DNA of 64,000 bases from Armatimonadota bacterium (GTDB taxonomy: Bacteria; Armatimonadota; SYMT01), in NCBI GenBank assembly GCA_046292385.1, contig JBKBRF010000035.1, positions 13,500 to 77,499 on the forward strand. The letters run 5' to 3'. The notes beneath the pieces are model-generated. The model searched no databases. It was given only the letters and a program-made list of their open reading frames with translations, and was not told the DNA's origin. Within the stretch, counting starts at the first letter, position 1. Each line of letters opens with the position of its first letter. The position numbers and the translations under genes are program-made. This document shows positions 27,894 through 37,065 of the stretch, one piece after another.

Positions 27894-28754
27894 TCACCGC
27901 TGCCAGAGCTGGGTGAGCCAGTAAATCGCCGGGGCGGCGAAGAGGAGGCTGTCGAAGCGGTCCAGGATCCCGCCGTGGCCCGGCATCAGCGTGCCGAAGT
28001 CTTTCACGCCGATCTCCCGTTTGATGGCGCTCTTGCTCAGGTCCCCGAGCTGCGAGACGACGCCGGTCAGCGCCCCCCCGGCCAGGGCGAAGGCGGTGGG
28101 GAGGCCCAGCAGCGCTCCAAGGCCCCACGCCACCAGCACGGACGCGATAAAGCCGCCGACCGCGCCCTCCCACGTCTTGCCGGGACTCACCTCCGGCGCC
28201 AGCTTGTGGCGGCCCCACCGCTTTCCCACGAGGTAGGCGCCCGTATCGGTAGAGCTGGTGGTCACCAGCACCCAGAGCAGCAGCCAGGCTCCCTCGCCCA
28301 TGGCAGCCATCCAGTCGGGCAGGCCCGTCAGCGGTGTTAGGGGCAGCAACCGCAGCCGAAGCAGGTAGGGGAAGAGCCAGCCGATATAGAAGGCGCCGAA
28401 CCAGGTGGCGGGGAGCGCCTTGAGGGGCGCGCGGTCGCGGCGCAGCGCTTCCCACGCGAGGCTGCCGGTGAGCAGCAGCGTGAGACCGAACTGGAGAGTC
28501 ACGTCCGCAGCGCCGCGGAGCAGGGGAGTGGCCGCGAGGAGGAAGAGCAGCGCCGCGGCGTAGCCGACCCCTTCCCGGGGGAGCAGCCCGGCCTGCCGGC
28601 ACCCGTGATAGAGCTCCCACATCGCCCCGACGGTGAGCAGCAGCACCAGCAGCGCCAGCGGCCAGCCCCGGAACGGCGCGTCCCCACCGGGCCAGAGAAC
28701 CATCCCCAGCACGATCGGGGCGGCGACGAGGGCGCTCAGCAGGCGGACGAGCAT
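27894..28754 (-). CDS. cdsA: Phosphatidate cytidylyltransferase
   Basis: DTGAYLVG, SPGKTWEG and GDLSKSAIKR..GVKDFG.LMPGHGGILDRFDS. Confidence 0.95.
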   Translation of the reverse strand: MLVRLLSALVAAPIVLGMVLWPGGDAPFRGWPLALLVLLLTVGAMWELYHGCRQAGLLPREGVGYAAALLFLLAATPLLRGAADVTLQFGLTLLLTGSLAWEALRRDRAPLKALPATWFGAFYIGWLFPYLLRLRLLPLTPLTGLPDWMAAMGEGAWLLLWVLVTTSSTDTGAYLVGKRWGRHKLAPEVSPGKTWEGAVGGFIASVLVAWGLGALLGLPTAFALAGGALTGVVSQLGDLSKSAIKREIGVKDFGTLMPGHGGILDRFDSLLFAAPAIYWLTQLWQR

Positions 28755-28952
28755 GACGGGTGAGAGGTGCTGGAGTAGGAGGCTGCCGGAGGCCGTGCGG
28801 GCGGAGCCGTGGCTGCGGGAAGGCGGCCGGGCGTTGGATATGTCTTAACACGCCCCGCGCGGGGCGTCCATGCGAACGCAGGTGGCCGGTCGCGGTACGT
28901 TGAAGCTATGCTGTCCGGGGTGGCCCTCCGTCACTCCATGTAAGAGAGAAGT

Positions 28953-29651
28953 ATGCGCAGTCCGTTCCCGCTCTTCGGTGCCCTCTTCGGTCTATCGCTC
29001 CTGATGCTCCCGTCTCCGGCCTCCTCCGGCAAGGGCAAGCGGCTGCTGCTGCCGGACCTGGTGCCCGCGGAAGGGACCGGCGGGCGCATGTTCGTGGAAG
29101 AGCTCGGCTCGCAGAAGCTGCTGCGCTTCGACGCCTACTTCGCCAACGTGGGCGACGGTCCGCTCACTCTCACCGGCCGCGCGAAGAAGGCGAAGAAGCG
29201 GCTTCCCGCCTGGCAGTCGGTGCGGCGCCTGGGGAAGAAGCCGCCGTTCAAGCACCCGATCGGCGAGTTCACCTGGCAGCCGGAGCGGGTGAAGTGGTCG
29301 CTCTTCCCGGTGGCGGAGTACCGCCTCCGGAACGAGGGCGGGCAGGTCGCCGCGCAGACCAAGATCTCGTTCTGCATGGTCGACAACGTGCGCGTGGCGC
29401 CCGACCTCCCCGGCAGCCCCACCGCCGGCGTCTACGTCACCTGCCCCGCTACTTCACGGCGGAAGAGCATCCAGATCGGCGTCTCCGTCGGCTGGGCCGA
29501 CATCTACAAGGCGGAGCACCTGGGCCAGTGGATCGACGTCACGGACGTGCCCCCCGGCGACTACACGCTGGAAGTGGAGATCGATCCGGAAGGCCGCCTG
29601 CTGGAGAAAGACCGGTCGAACAACCGGGTGACCCTGCCGGTCACTCTCTGA
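28953..29651 (+). CDS. Secreted lysyl oxidase family paralogue lacking the copper-binding histidines
   Basis: LPDLVP, LRFD, KISFCMVD, GVSVGWADIY and GQWIDVTDVPPGDYTL; His motif replaced by TWQPERVKWS. Confidence 0.85.
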   Translation: MRSPFPLFGALFGLSLLMLPSPASSGKGKRLLLPDLVPAEGTGGRMFVEELGSQKLLRFDAYFANVGDGPLTLTGRAKKAKKRLPAWQSVRRLGKKPPFKHPIGEFTWQPERVKWSLFPVAEYRLRNEGGQVAAQTKISFCMVDNVRVAPDLPGSPTAGVYVTCPATSRRKSIQIGVSVGWADIYKAEHLGQWIDVTDVPPGDYTLEVEIDPEGRLLEKDRSNNRVTLPVTL

Positions 29652-29762
29652 ACGGGGCCGCGGTTGCAGGTTGGCAAGTAGGCAGGTTGTCAGGTTAGCT
29701 CCCGGGCTGCCGGGTTCCGAACCTGACCCCTAACCCCCGGCCCCTGACCCCTGGCACGGCAC

Positions 29763-29791
29763 TTCCGCCGTAAACGGCAACCTGTTATACT
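29763..29791 (+). promoter_or_regulatory. Sigma70-type promoter of tRNA-Pro
   Basis: TTCCGC, 17-bp spacer, TATACT with extended TG, 16 bp upstream of the tRNA. Confidence 0.55.
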
Positions 29792-29807
29792 GGCTTCGGT
29801 TCCACCA

Positions 29808-29881
29808 CGGGGTGTAGCGCAGCTTGGTAGCGCGCCTGCTTTGGGAGCAGGAGGTCGCAGGTTCGAATCCTGTCGCCCCGA
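29808..29881 (+). tRNA. tRNA-Pro (TGG), CCA not encoded
   Basis: Acceptor CGGGGTG/CGCCCCG+A; D arm TAGCGCAGCTTGGTAGCGC; anticodon arm CCTGC-TTTGGGA-GCAGG; T loop GGTTCGAATCC. Confidence 0.97.
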
Positions 29882-29979
29882 CTTTCCCCCGCCTCCGGTG
29901 TCCGCCCCGGCACCATCTCCCCGTCCAGCCCAGTTCGTGGCACGCAGGTCTTGTTGCGCGTGCACGCGCAGCCCCTCGC

Positions 29980-30455
29980 CAGGGATCTACGTCGCCCCCT
30001 TCGCTCGGGAGCGGGAGGCCTCACGCACGGATGCGCCCGGACGCTAGAGTCCGCGTTACCCGTCTGCGTACTCCGGACCAGTACGGCTGCCGAGATCCTT
30101 CCCTGCGTTCTCAAGAAACTCCCCCTCGAGCCAGCCCCATCGGATCAGCGTCAACCCAGCGTGAGCACAGCTCCGTCCCCGGTGGTCATCCTGACCGCAG
30201 GGAAGGATCTACGTCACTCGGCTCTCCAGAGGTACGGTGAGCACCCGCGTTCGGGAGCGCTCCGTCAGGCCGCGTCCTCGTCACTCCGATGCGTGCGCCG
30301 GACCAAGCCGGCTGCCGAGATTCTTCACTGCGTTCAGAATGACAAATTCGGTGAAAGGTGCCTGGGTCGGAGTGGATGACGGTGATCGATGGGCGACCCT
30401 CCCGTTTCTTCGGGCGGTGGTTGGCCCTCGGCCGTGCCTGCGGCTCAGGATGACT
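29980..30455. repeat. Cluster of alternating-orientation GAGATCCTTCNCTGCGNTCAGGATGAC REP-like repeats
   Basis: Copies at about 30084-30113 (+), 30186-30210 (-) and 30309-30343 (+); partial copies at 29982 (-) and 30437-30454 (+). Confidence 0.7.
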
Positions 30456-30846
30456 AGGGTAGGGGCACGTGAGCGGCCGTTCGTCTCTCGGGGCAGAACC
30501 TACGCTGCGCCCAGGGCTCACCCACTTTACGGCGCGCCACACAAGCCACCGCACTCCACAGACTGCACCGGGATAGTCTCTCCTCAAGCGAAAGAGAATC
30601 CCCTCCGCGCCAGGGGCTGTCGTCTCCCCTGAAGGATCTCCAGCTCGACCACCAGGGGCATCCGGCGATCGCTCTCTCACCAGCGACGGCTATGCGCCGG
30701 GTCCCGCCAACGGCCCCTGCACCCTGCGGCTCCGAGCTTCTTCTACTTAAAAAGCCTTCGAGACTCGACCCACCGCGCCCGTTCGGGCGGATGATTTGGG
30801 AGTGGCGGCTTCGGAGCTGCCGGGGCTTGTCGGGAAGGAGTGGGGG

Positions 30847-32160
30847 ATGGCGGAGCAGGAGCGGCACGAGCCGTGGGAAGCGGGGATTACCTACGTGATC
30901 GGCCACCAGCGGCCGGACACCGACGCCATCGCCTCCGCGCTCGGTTACGCGTGGTACCTCTCGGAGCTGGAAGACTACCCGGTGGTGGCGGCACGGACCG
31001 GCCACCCGGCCGTCCAGACTCAGTTCGCGCTCCGGCGCTTCGAGCTGCGTCCGCCGCGGCTCCTCACCAGCGTGGCACCGACCTTCGGCCACATCGCCGT
31101 CCCGCAGGCGTGTGTCTCCCCTGAATCCGGACTCTCCGCCGCGATGGCGCAGATCGCCGCCGGCGCGCGGGTGGTGCCGGTCGCCCGGGGAGGCGTTCCG
31201 AGAGGCGTGGTCACCCCGATGGCCCTCGCGCACGCCTATGGAGGGGCGGGCCGCCCGGCCGTTTCCTGCGGCGAAGTGGCGGAAGCGGCGCCGGTGTTCG
31301 GCGCGACCGATCGCCTGAGCGACTACGACCGCGCGCTGCTGCGGCGCGATCAATCGGATTACCTCGTCACGGACGGCGACGGGAAGTACCTGGGCCTGGC
31401 GACGCAGGCCGCGATGCTCAACCCGCCGCGGGCTCGACTGGTGCTGGTGGACCACAACGAGCTGACGCAGGCGGTCTCCGGCGCCGCGGAGGCGGAGATC
31501 GTCGGCGTGCTGGACCACCATCGCCTCGGCAACCCGCCCACCTCGATTCCGATCCCGTTCCTCGTCGATCCGGTGGGGAGCACCTGTACGCTGGTGACCG
31601 AGGCGTGCCGGCGGACCGGACTGGTGCCTCCCGCCAGCCTGGCCGGGCTGATGCTCGCGGGGATTCTCTCGGACACGCTGGTCTTCCGGTCGCCCACGGT
31701 GACCGACCGGGATCGGAACGCCGCCGGCTGGCTGGCGAAGCTCGCCGACGTGGACGGCCGGGAGTTCGGCGACGAGCTGCTGCGCGCCAGCCCGGGCCTG
31801 GCGGGGCTGGATCCGGGGGCGATCGTTGACTCGGACCGCAAGAGCTATGAGATGGCGGAGCTCCCCGTCAGCATCGCCCAGATCGAGGTCTCCAGCTTCG
31901 CGGAGCTCTCCGGAGTGAAGGCGGATCTGCTGGCGGCGCTGGAGGACCGGCGGGAGCGGGAAGGGCTGGCGCTGATCGGGCTGATGGTCACGAATATCGT
32001 GAGCGGCCAGAGCCGCTGGCTCTGCGTCGGCGAGCCGCGGCTGCTGATCGCTCTCCCGTTCTCTCGGGTCGACGCCGGCGAGTGGGACCTGGGCGACTTC
32101 GTCTCCCGGAAGAAGCAGCTCGTGCCGGCGCTGGAGAGCGCGCTGGAGTTCGCCGCCTGA
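30847..32160 (+). CDS. ppaC: Manganese-dependent inorganic pyrophosphatase (DHH family) with degenerate CBS-like insert
   Basis: GHQRPDTDAI, LVDHNE, LDHHR, PVGSTCT, ILSDTL.FRSPT and VSRKKQ. Confidence 0.92.
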   Translation: MAEQERHEPWEAGITYVIGHQRPDTDAIASALGYAWYLSELEDYPVVAARTGHPAVQTQFALRRFELRPPRLLTSVAPTFGHIAVPQACVSPESGLSAAMAQIAAGARVVPVARGGVPRGVVTPMALAHAYGGAGRPAVSCGEVAEAAPVFGATDRLSDYDRALLRRDQSDYLVTDGDGKYLGLATQAAMLNPPRARLVLVDHNELTQAVSGAAEAEIVGVLDHHRLGNPPTSIPIPFLVDPVGSTCTLVTEACRRTGLVPPASLAGLMLAGILSDTLVFRSPTVTDRDRNAAGWLAKLADVDGREFGDELLRASPGLAGLDPGAIVDSDRKSYEMAELPVSIAQIEVSSFAELSGVKADLLAALEDRREREGLALIGLMVTNIVSGQSRWLCVGEPRLLIALPFSRVDAGEWDLGDFVSRKKQLVPALESALEFAA

Positions 32161-32416
32161 GGTGACGGGAATCACTGTCGTGTAATCGAATAGAGTAGCC
32201 TTGTCTTGAAAGGTTGGAAGGGGTTCGTTTTCCAGGCGCAGAAACGGCGGGTGGCTAGGCCGGAGTACAAGCGGTTGTCAGAGGATCGTGCTGCCGCCCT
32301 CCGGCGAGCCTCCATCCGGGTCCGATCCGCGGAGTGGGGCCGAATCGCTCCGGCAACCCCGCCGCTCTTCATCTCGCTTCCCGGCGGGCCCCGCTCCATC
32401 TACCAGAGGGAGGCAG

Positions 32417-33190
32417 ATGATGCGTTTCTCACCACTCGGCGCCGGCTTAGCGCTCTTCACGCTGCTCGCCACGGCAGCGGTGCCGGCTGCCCGACCCGCC
32501 GCGGCCCAGGGGGTGGAGACCCAGACCTGGGTCGTCATCGGCAGCGGCAAGAAGACCCCCGGCGCGCTGCGGCCTGCGGTGCTGCTCCAACTCGTCACCA
32601 CCGCGCTGGATGCCCAGACCTTCCCGGTCCGCGAGGTGCCGGCCGAGCTGAACCGGGCAATCCGGGCGCGAGGGCGTCTCTGGGTGACGCCGAAGGGCAG
32701 CACGGTCTTCCGCGGCTTCCTCGGTCGGAAGGCTCGCACCAATGCAAAGGGATGGGGGGACGTCGTCCTTCTGAATAACGTCCCCACACTGCTCCAGAAC
32801 ATGTCGGACGCGACGATGCAGGAGACGGAGGCCCTGGTGGTAGCCGAGGCCGACCCGCCGGACTACGAGACCGCCCACAGCCTGCTGGAAGAGGGACGCC
32901 AGAACCTGCAGGAAGTCCGGGACGAGCTGGCGCCCCCGGAGAGCCCGGGACCGCAGGGCTCGATCGCGCTGACCGGCAAGGCGCTGCGTAAGACGCTGAA
33001 GTCGATCGACAAGATCCTCGAGCGCGACGACCGCGCGCTGGAGTCACTCGAGCGACTGCGAAACGGGAAAGGCACCGAAGCCGACCGGACCGCCGTCCTC
33101 GTCAACCTGAAGAAGGCGCTGAAGGCGAAGCAGAGCGTCAACGAGACGCTCGCGAGCCGCTACCGCCGGGTGACCATGCCGCCCCGATAG
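32417..33190 (+). CDS. Secreted hypothetical protein
   Basis: GGAGG RBS; signal peptide ending AAA; helical C-terminus. Confidence 0.7.
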   Translation: MMRFSPLGAGLALFTLLATAAVPAARPAAAQGVETQTWVVIGSGKKTPGALRPAVLLQLVTTALDAQTFPVREVPAELNRAIRARGRLWVTPKGSTVFRGFLGRKARTNAKGWGDVVLLNNVPTLLQNMSDATMQETEALVVAEADPPDYETAHSLLEEGRQNLQEVRDELAPPESPGPQGSIALTGKALRKTLKSIDKILERDDRALESLERLRNGKGTEADRTAVLVNLKKALKAKQSVNETLASRYRRVTMPPR

Positions 33191-33351
33191 CGGCGCGGCC
33201 CTCCGCCCTGCTGCGGTGACGGAACGGCAGCAGGGCGGGGCGCCTCCGGAGTGGCTTCACGAAGGGAGGGGCCGTGGTCGCCGGCGAACTATCGCTCGGC
33301 CCGGCCTGTCTCCGGCGGAGTCCCCCGCCGCCTCTCCCGTAAGCTCGCCCC

Positions 33352-34107
33352 GTGAGTCGCCTCTCCATCATCATTCCGGCCTACAACGAGGAAGCCACCC
33401 TGGCGACCGTCGTGGGCAAAGCGCTTCAGGTCCCGAATCTCCGAGAGATCGTGCTGGTGGACGACTGCTCCACCGACCGCACCGGGGAGATCGGCCTCCG
33501 CCTCGCCGGCGAGCATTCCCAGCTGCGGTACCTGCGCCTGGAGCGCAACTCCGGCAAGACGGCGGCGCTGCGGGCGGGGTTCGCTGCCAGCACCGGCGAC
33601 GTGGTGATCGTCCAGGACGCCGACCTGGAGTACGATCCGTCGGAGATCCCGAGCGTGATCGAGCCGATCCTGGAGGGGACGGCGGACGTGGTTTACGGCT
33701 CCCGCTTCATGATCCGCCGCGCGGCGCGGGTGCTCTACTTCTACCACTACCTGGCAAATAAGTTCCTGACGTTCCTCTCGGACCTCTTCACCAACCTGAA
33801 CCTGACCGACGTAGAAACCGGCTACAAGGCGTTCCGGGGTGAGATCATCCGAAACATGGTGATCACCTCGAGCGGCTTCGGCTTCGAGATCGAGGTCACG
33901 GCGAAGGTCGCCAAGCTGCGCTGCGCCATCTACGAGACGCCGATCAGCTACTACGGCCGCACGTACGAAGAGGGGAAGAAGATCGGGATGAAGGACGGCC
34001 TGATGGCGATCTACTACATCCTGCGCTTCAATCTCTTCTGCCCGCTGGACGCCTCGTTCCGCAACCTGGACCGGCTGCGGGCGCTGGGCTATCTGCGGGA
34101 GAAGTAA
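33352..34107 (+). CDS. Glycosyltransferase family 2 (DPM-synthase-like)
   Basis: SIIIPAYNEE, VDDCSTD, QDADLEYDP, VYGSRF and LTDVETGYK. Confidence 0.95.
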   Translation: MSRLSIIIPAYNEEATLATVVGKALQVPNLREIVLVDDCSTDRTGEIGLRLAGEHSQLRYLRLERNSGKTAALRAGFAASTGDVVIVQDADLEYDPSEIPSVIEPILEGTADVVYGSRFMIRRAARVLYFYHYLANKFLTFLSDLFTNLNLTDVETGYKAFRGEIIRNMVITSSGFGFEIEVTAKVAKLRCAIYETPISYYGRTYEEGKKIGMKDGLMAIYYILRFNLFCPLDASFRNLDRLRALGYLREK

Positions 34108-34110
34108 GCA

Positions 34111-34141
34111 GCGGGGGAGAAGGGAAGCCCCTCTCCCCCGC
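34111..34141. terminator. Hairpin between convergent genes
   Basis: GCGGGGGAGA...CTCTCCCCCGC stem directly after the GT2 stop codon. Confidence 0.55.
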
Positions 34142-34153
34142 ACGCCGGCAGGT

Positions 34154-35194
34154 CTACTTCTTGCGGACCGGCTTCTTCGCGGGCGCCTTCGCGGGCGCCG
34201 CGGGGACTTCCTGGTAGCTCATGTCCATCAGGCCGTCGATCCGCAGGCCGGACGGCGCGCCCGGCTGTCCCGCGGCTCCGGGAGGGGCCAGGCCGCCCAG
34301 GTCCATCACCATCGACATGTCCATGGTCACCTTACCGGAGACCACCGCTCCGCGCTTGATGTCGAAGCGGGTGAGGCTGGTGTAGTTCTGGCTGATCGAC
34401 CGGACGGCACTCCCCATCTGCTCCGGCGTGCTGGCGCTGCCGACCGACTCGATCAGCGCGTGCTGCTTGCCGCCGGTGGTATCGATCCGCTTGAGAGTGT
34501 GGGTGAACTGGACTTCGAACTCCGGGACTTCCACGCCGGGGGCCGCGGCGCCGCCGCCGGGGAGCGGCGGCTTCACCTTGAGCTGGGTCTCCCAGACGTC
34601 GCCCACCGACACCGGCTCTTCCGGGAGCTCGAAGACGGTGTTCGTGCCGAAGCCGCCCCAGCTTGCCTGGGACTGCTGGACCGCCGCGCCGGTCATCCGC
34701 CCGCGGGTGTCCCGCTTGAACGGCACCGGCTTGCTGCCGCCGAGAATGCCGAGCGACTCGGCATTCATCCCCGGCATCTGCCCTTCTTGCTTCTGTCCGT
34801 TGACCAGGGTGGTCACCTTTCCACCCGCCGCCTTGATCTCGATCTTGTTGCCCAGGGCGTCGGTGGTGATGGTGGCGGTACCCGGCAGCATCGCCACCGA
34901 GGCGACGTTGTCCTTGACGCCGGTCACCTTCTCGCTATAGCTGGCGACCATCGTGACTCCGAACGGGATCGCCCCGACCGCCCCCGCGGCTCCACCTTCC
35001 GGCGTCATGGTCATGTCCATCTTGCCGGACAGCCGGAACTTCTGGATCTGGCCGGCCTTGTGCTTGTACTCCAGCTTTACGCCGGCCGGAGCGGTCTCCG
35101 GCATATCCTGGGCGCGCAGCGCTCCCGCCGTGAGGGTGGTCGCCAGGCCCGCCAGCAGGAGCGGCGCGACCGGGGCTGCCCGTAACAGTCTCAT
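34154..35194 (-). CDS. Secreted beta-rich hypothetical protein
   Basis: Signal peptide; KLEYKHKAGQ and LPEEPVSVGDVWET; Lys/Ala/Pro tail. Confidence 0.75.
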   Translation of the reverse strand: MRLLRAAPVAPLLLAGLATTLTAGALRAQDMPETAPAGVKLEYKHKAGQIQKFRLSGKMDMTMTPEGGAAGAVGAIPFGVTMVASYSEKVTGVKDNVASVAMLPGTATITTDALGNKIEIKAAGGKVTTLVNGQKQEGQMPGMNAESLGILGGSKPVPFKRDTRGRMTGAAVQQSQASWGGFGTNTVFELPEEPVSVGDVWETQLKVKPPLPGGGAAAPGVEVPEFEVQFTHTLKRIDTTGGKQHALIESVGSASTPEQMGSAVRSISQNYTSLTRFDIKRGAVVSGKVTMDMSMVMDLGGLAPPGAAGQPGAPSGLRIDGLMDMSYQEVPAAPAKAPAKKPVRKK

Positions 35195-35341
35195 CGGAAT
35201 TCCTTTCCCTGGAGTCCGGACCCGCCAGGCGGCGTGCCGGCAATCAATCGATACGAGAATAGAACGTGGTTGGAAGATTGTTGGCTGCGGCTGGGTCGGA
35301 GCCCTGCCGGGGCGGCGCATGGAAACGGGGACGGGCGGCGC

Positions 35342-36265
35342 TTACTTCCGGCCGCGGCTCTGGGCTACGTGGAGGAGCGCGGCGTCCTCTCCCACTACCT
35401 GCAGCCCTTCGCGGGCGATGCGGACCGCGTCGGCCGCGCGTCCCCACTCTCGGTAGTTCAGCGCCAGCCAGCGGTAGGCATCCAGTCGTGCTTCCTGCTC
35501 CAGCTCGGTCAGCTCCCGGCCTGTCGGAACGAGCTCCAGCGCGCGGAGCAGGTGGCGCTCCGCCAGGTCGTACCGGCGCTTGTAAACGAGCCAGAAATGC
35601 CCCAGCTCCGTCTGGATCTCGAATGACGCGGGGTTGTGCCGCGCGCCTTCTTCCAGGTAGGCGATCCCGGCGTCGGCATGCTTTCCGGCGCGCGCGATCG
35701 ACTGCGCGCCGACGGTATACCCCTGGATGAAGTGCGGGTCGACCCGCGTCACGAGGCGGTAGAACGGGATCGTCTGGTCGGCGTCTTTGGCGTAGGCGGT
35801 GCCGTCCGGCCCGAGGTACGGCTTGGTCGCGCGCTCCAGGTCGCCCAGCACGCCGCGGAAGTCTTCTCGCGCGGGCGGGATGACGAAGACGTGCCCTGCC
35901 TCCTCTTCGGCGTGCTCTTCGTGCGAGTGCCGGTCGCCGCCCTCGGTGTTCTCTGCGTGAGCGTGGAACTCGCCCTGCCGGCTCTCCCGCTCTCCCGCCC
36001 GCGCCTCCCGCTCCTCCACGCCGGCGTGCAGCACCGCGTGGACCTTCAGCCAGAGGAACTGCGCGGCGAGGCGGCGGCCTTCCCAGGCGGCGCCGTCTTG
36101 CTCCGCCGCCCCGCGTACGGCGCCGAGCGCGGGGGCCACGGCTTCTCCGCCCCAGCCCAGGATCACGAGGCAGGCGACCAGCGCCGCCGCTCGGAGCAAG
36201 TCGGCCCGTCGATGCCGCGCGGGCTGGGCGGGTGACGGGAGGGAGGTAGTGTCGCGCAGTGCCAT
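35342..36265 (-). CDS. Membrane-anchored TPR-like protein with His/Glu-rich insert
   Basis: N-terminal TM helix; AQFLWLKVH, HAHAE...HSHEEH, VTRVDPHF and LEEGARHNP. Confidence 0.75.
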   Translation of the reverse strand: MALRDTTSLPSPAQPARHRRADLLRAAALVACLVILGWGGEAVAPALGAVRGAAEQDGAAWEGRRLAAQFLWLKVHAVLHAGVEEREARAGERESRQGEFHAHAENTEGGDRHSHEEHAEEEAGHVFVIPPAREDFRGVLGDLERATKPYLGPDGTAYAKDADQTIPFYRLVTRVDPHFIQGYTVGAQSIARAGKHADAGIAYLEEGARHNPASFEIQTELGHFWLVYKRRYDLAERHLLRALELVPTGRELTELEQEARLDAYRWLALNYREWGRAADAVRIAREGLQVVGEDAALLHVAQSRGRK

Positions 36266-36268
36266 CGC

Positions 36269-37048
36269 CTACACCGCCATCCGCCGGAAGCGGAGCTCGC
36301 CGAGGCCGAGAAAGACCCCCACGTACGCCGCCGCGTAGCCCGCCAGCGCCAGCAGCACCCACGCCGGCACCGGCGGGTAGTTGTAGGCGGCGCGGGCGGA
36401 GAGATCGAAGAGGTCGAGGTGCGGGAGCACGAAGTAGAGCGCCTTCAGCGGGAGCTGGGCCGCGGGAGATGCCGCCTGGATGGTGTCCGCCAGGGTGCGC
36501 GCGAAGAGGGTCCAGCAGATCGTCAGCAGTCCGGAGAGGACGACCGTCGCCGCGGAAGTAACGAGCAGCGAGAGGGCCATCGTGAGCGCCGCGATCGGCC
36601 CGAACGAGAGCGCCCGCGCGGCGAGATACTGGAAGAAGATCGGCCCGATCTCCGCCTTGAACAGCGCCAGGGCGATCCAGCCGACCCCGGCCAGCACCAG
36701 CAGCGAGGCACACGAGAGGAGCCAGACCGCCACGAACTTGCCGAGCAGCACGTCGAAGCGGCGGACCGGACGCGCCAGGAGCGGGAAGAGCGTCCGCCGG
36801 CTCAGCTCCTCCGGCAGCTGCCGGGCGGCGAGCCAGATGCAGACCGCCGTGGCGAGGAAGTTGACGACGGTGAGGGTGATGTCGCGCAGGAACGTCTCCA
36901 CCCCGCGCACCCCGATCCGCGCCAAGAACGCCCCCGCGCCGAAGCTGAAGACGGCGAGCAGGGCAATGACGTAGAGGTCCTTGCGCCGGACCGTCTCTAC
37001 CAGCGAGGCCCAGGCGATGACCCAGATGTGAACCGCGCGCTCTTTCAT
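36269..37048 (-). CDS. ABC transporter permease
   Basis: ETVRRK and ELSRRTLFPLLARPVRRFDVLLGKF; multiple TM helices. Confidence 0.88.
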   Translation of the reverse strand: MKERAVHIWVIAWASLVETVRRKDLYVIALLAVFSFGAGAFLARIGVRGVETFLRDITLTVVNFLATAVCIWLAARQLPEELSRRTLFPLLARPVRRFDVLLGKFVAVWLLSCASLLVLAGVGWIALALFKAEIGPIFFQYLAARALSFGPIAALTMALSLLVTSAATVVLSGLLTICWTLFARTLADTIQAASPAAQLPLKALYFVLPHLDLFDLSARAAYNYPPVPAWVLLALAGYAAAYVGVFLGLGELRFRRMAV

Positions 37049-37065
37049 CGTTTGGAACCCAGCGA

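Noticed and set aside
29980..30455. Possible CRISPR array
   Set aside because: Repeats alternate in orientation, are degenerate and irregularly spaced; no cas genes in the window
29808..30800. Possible tRNA-integrated prophage or island
   Set aside because: No integrase and no duplicated tRNA 3' end seen; ordinary genes follow
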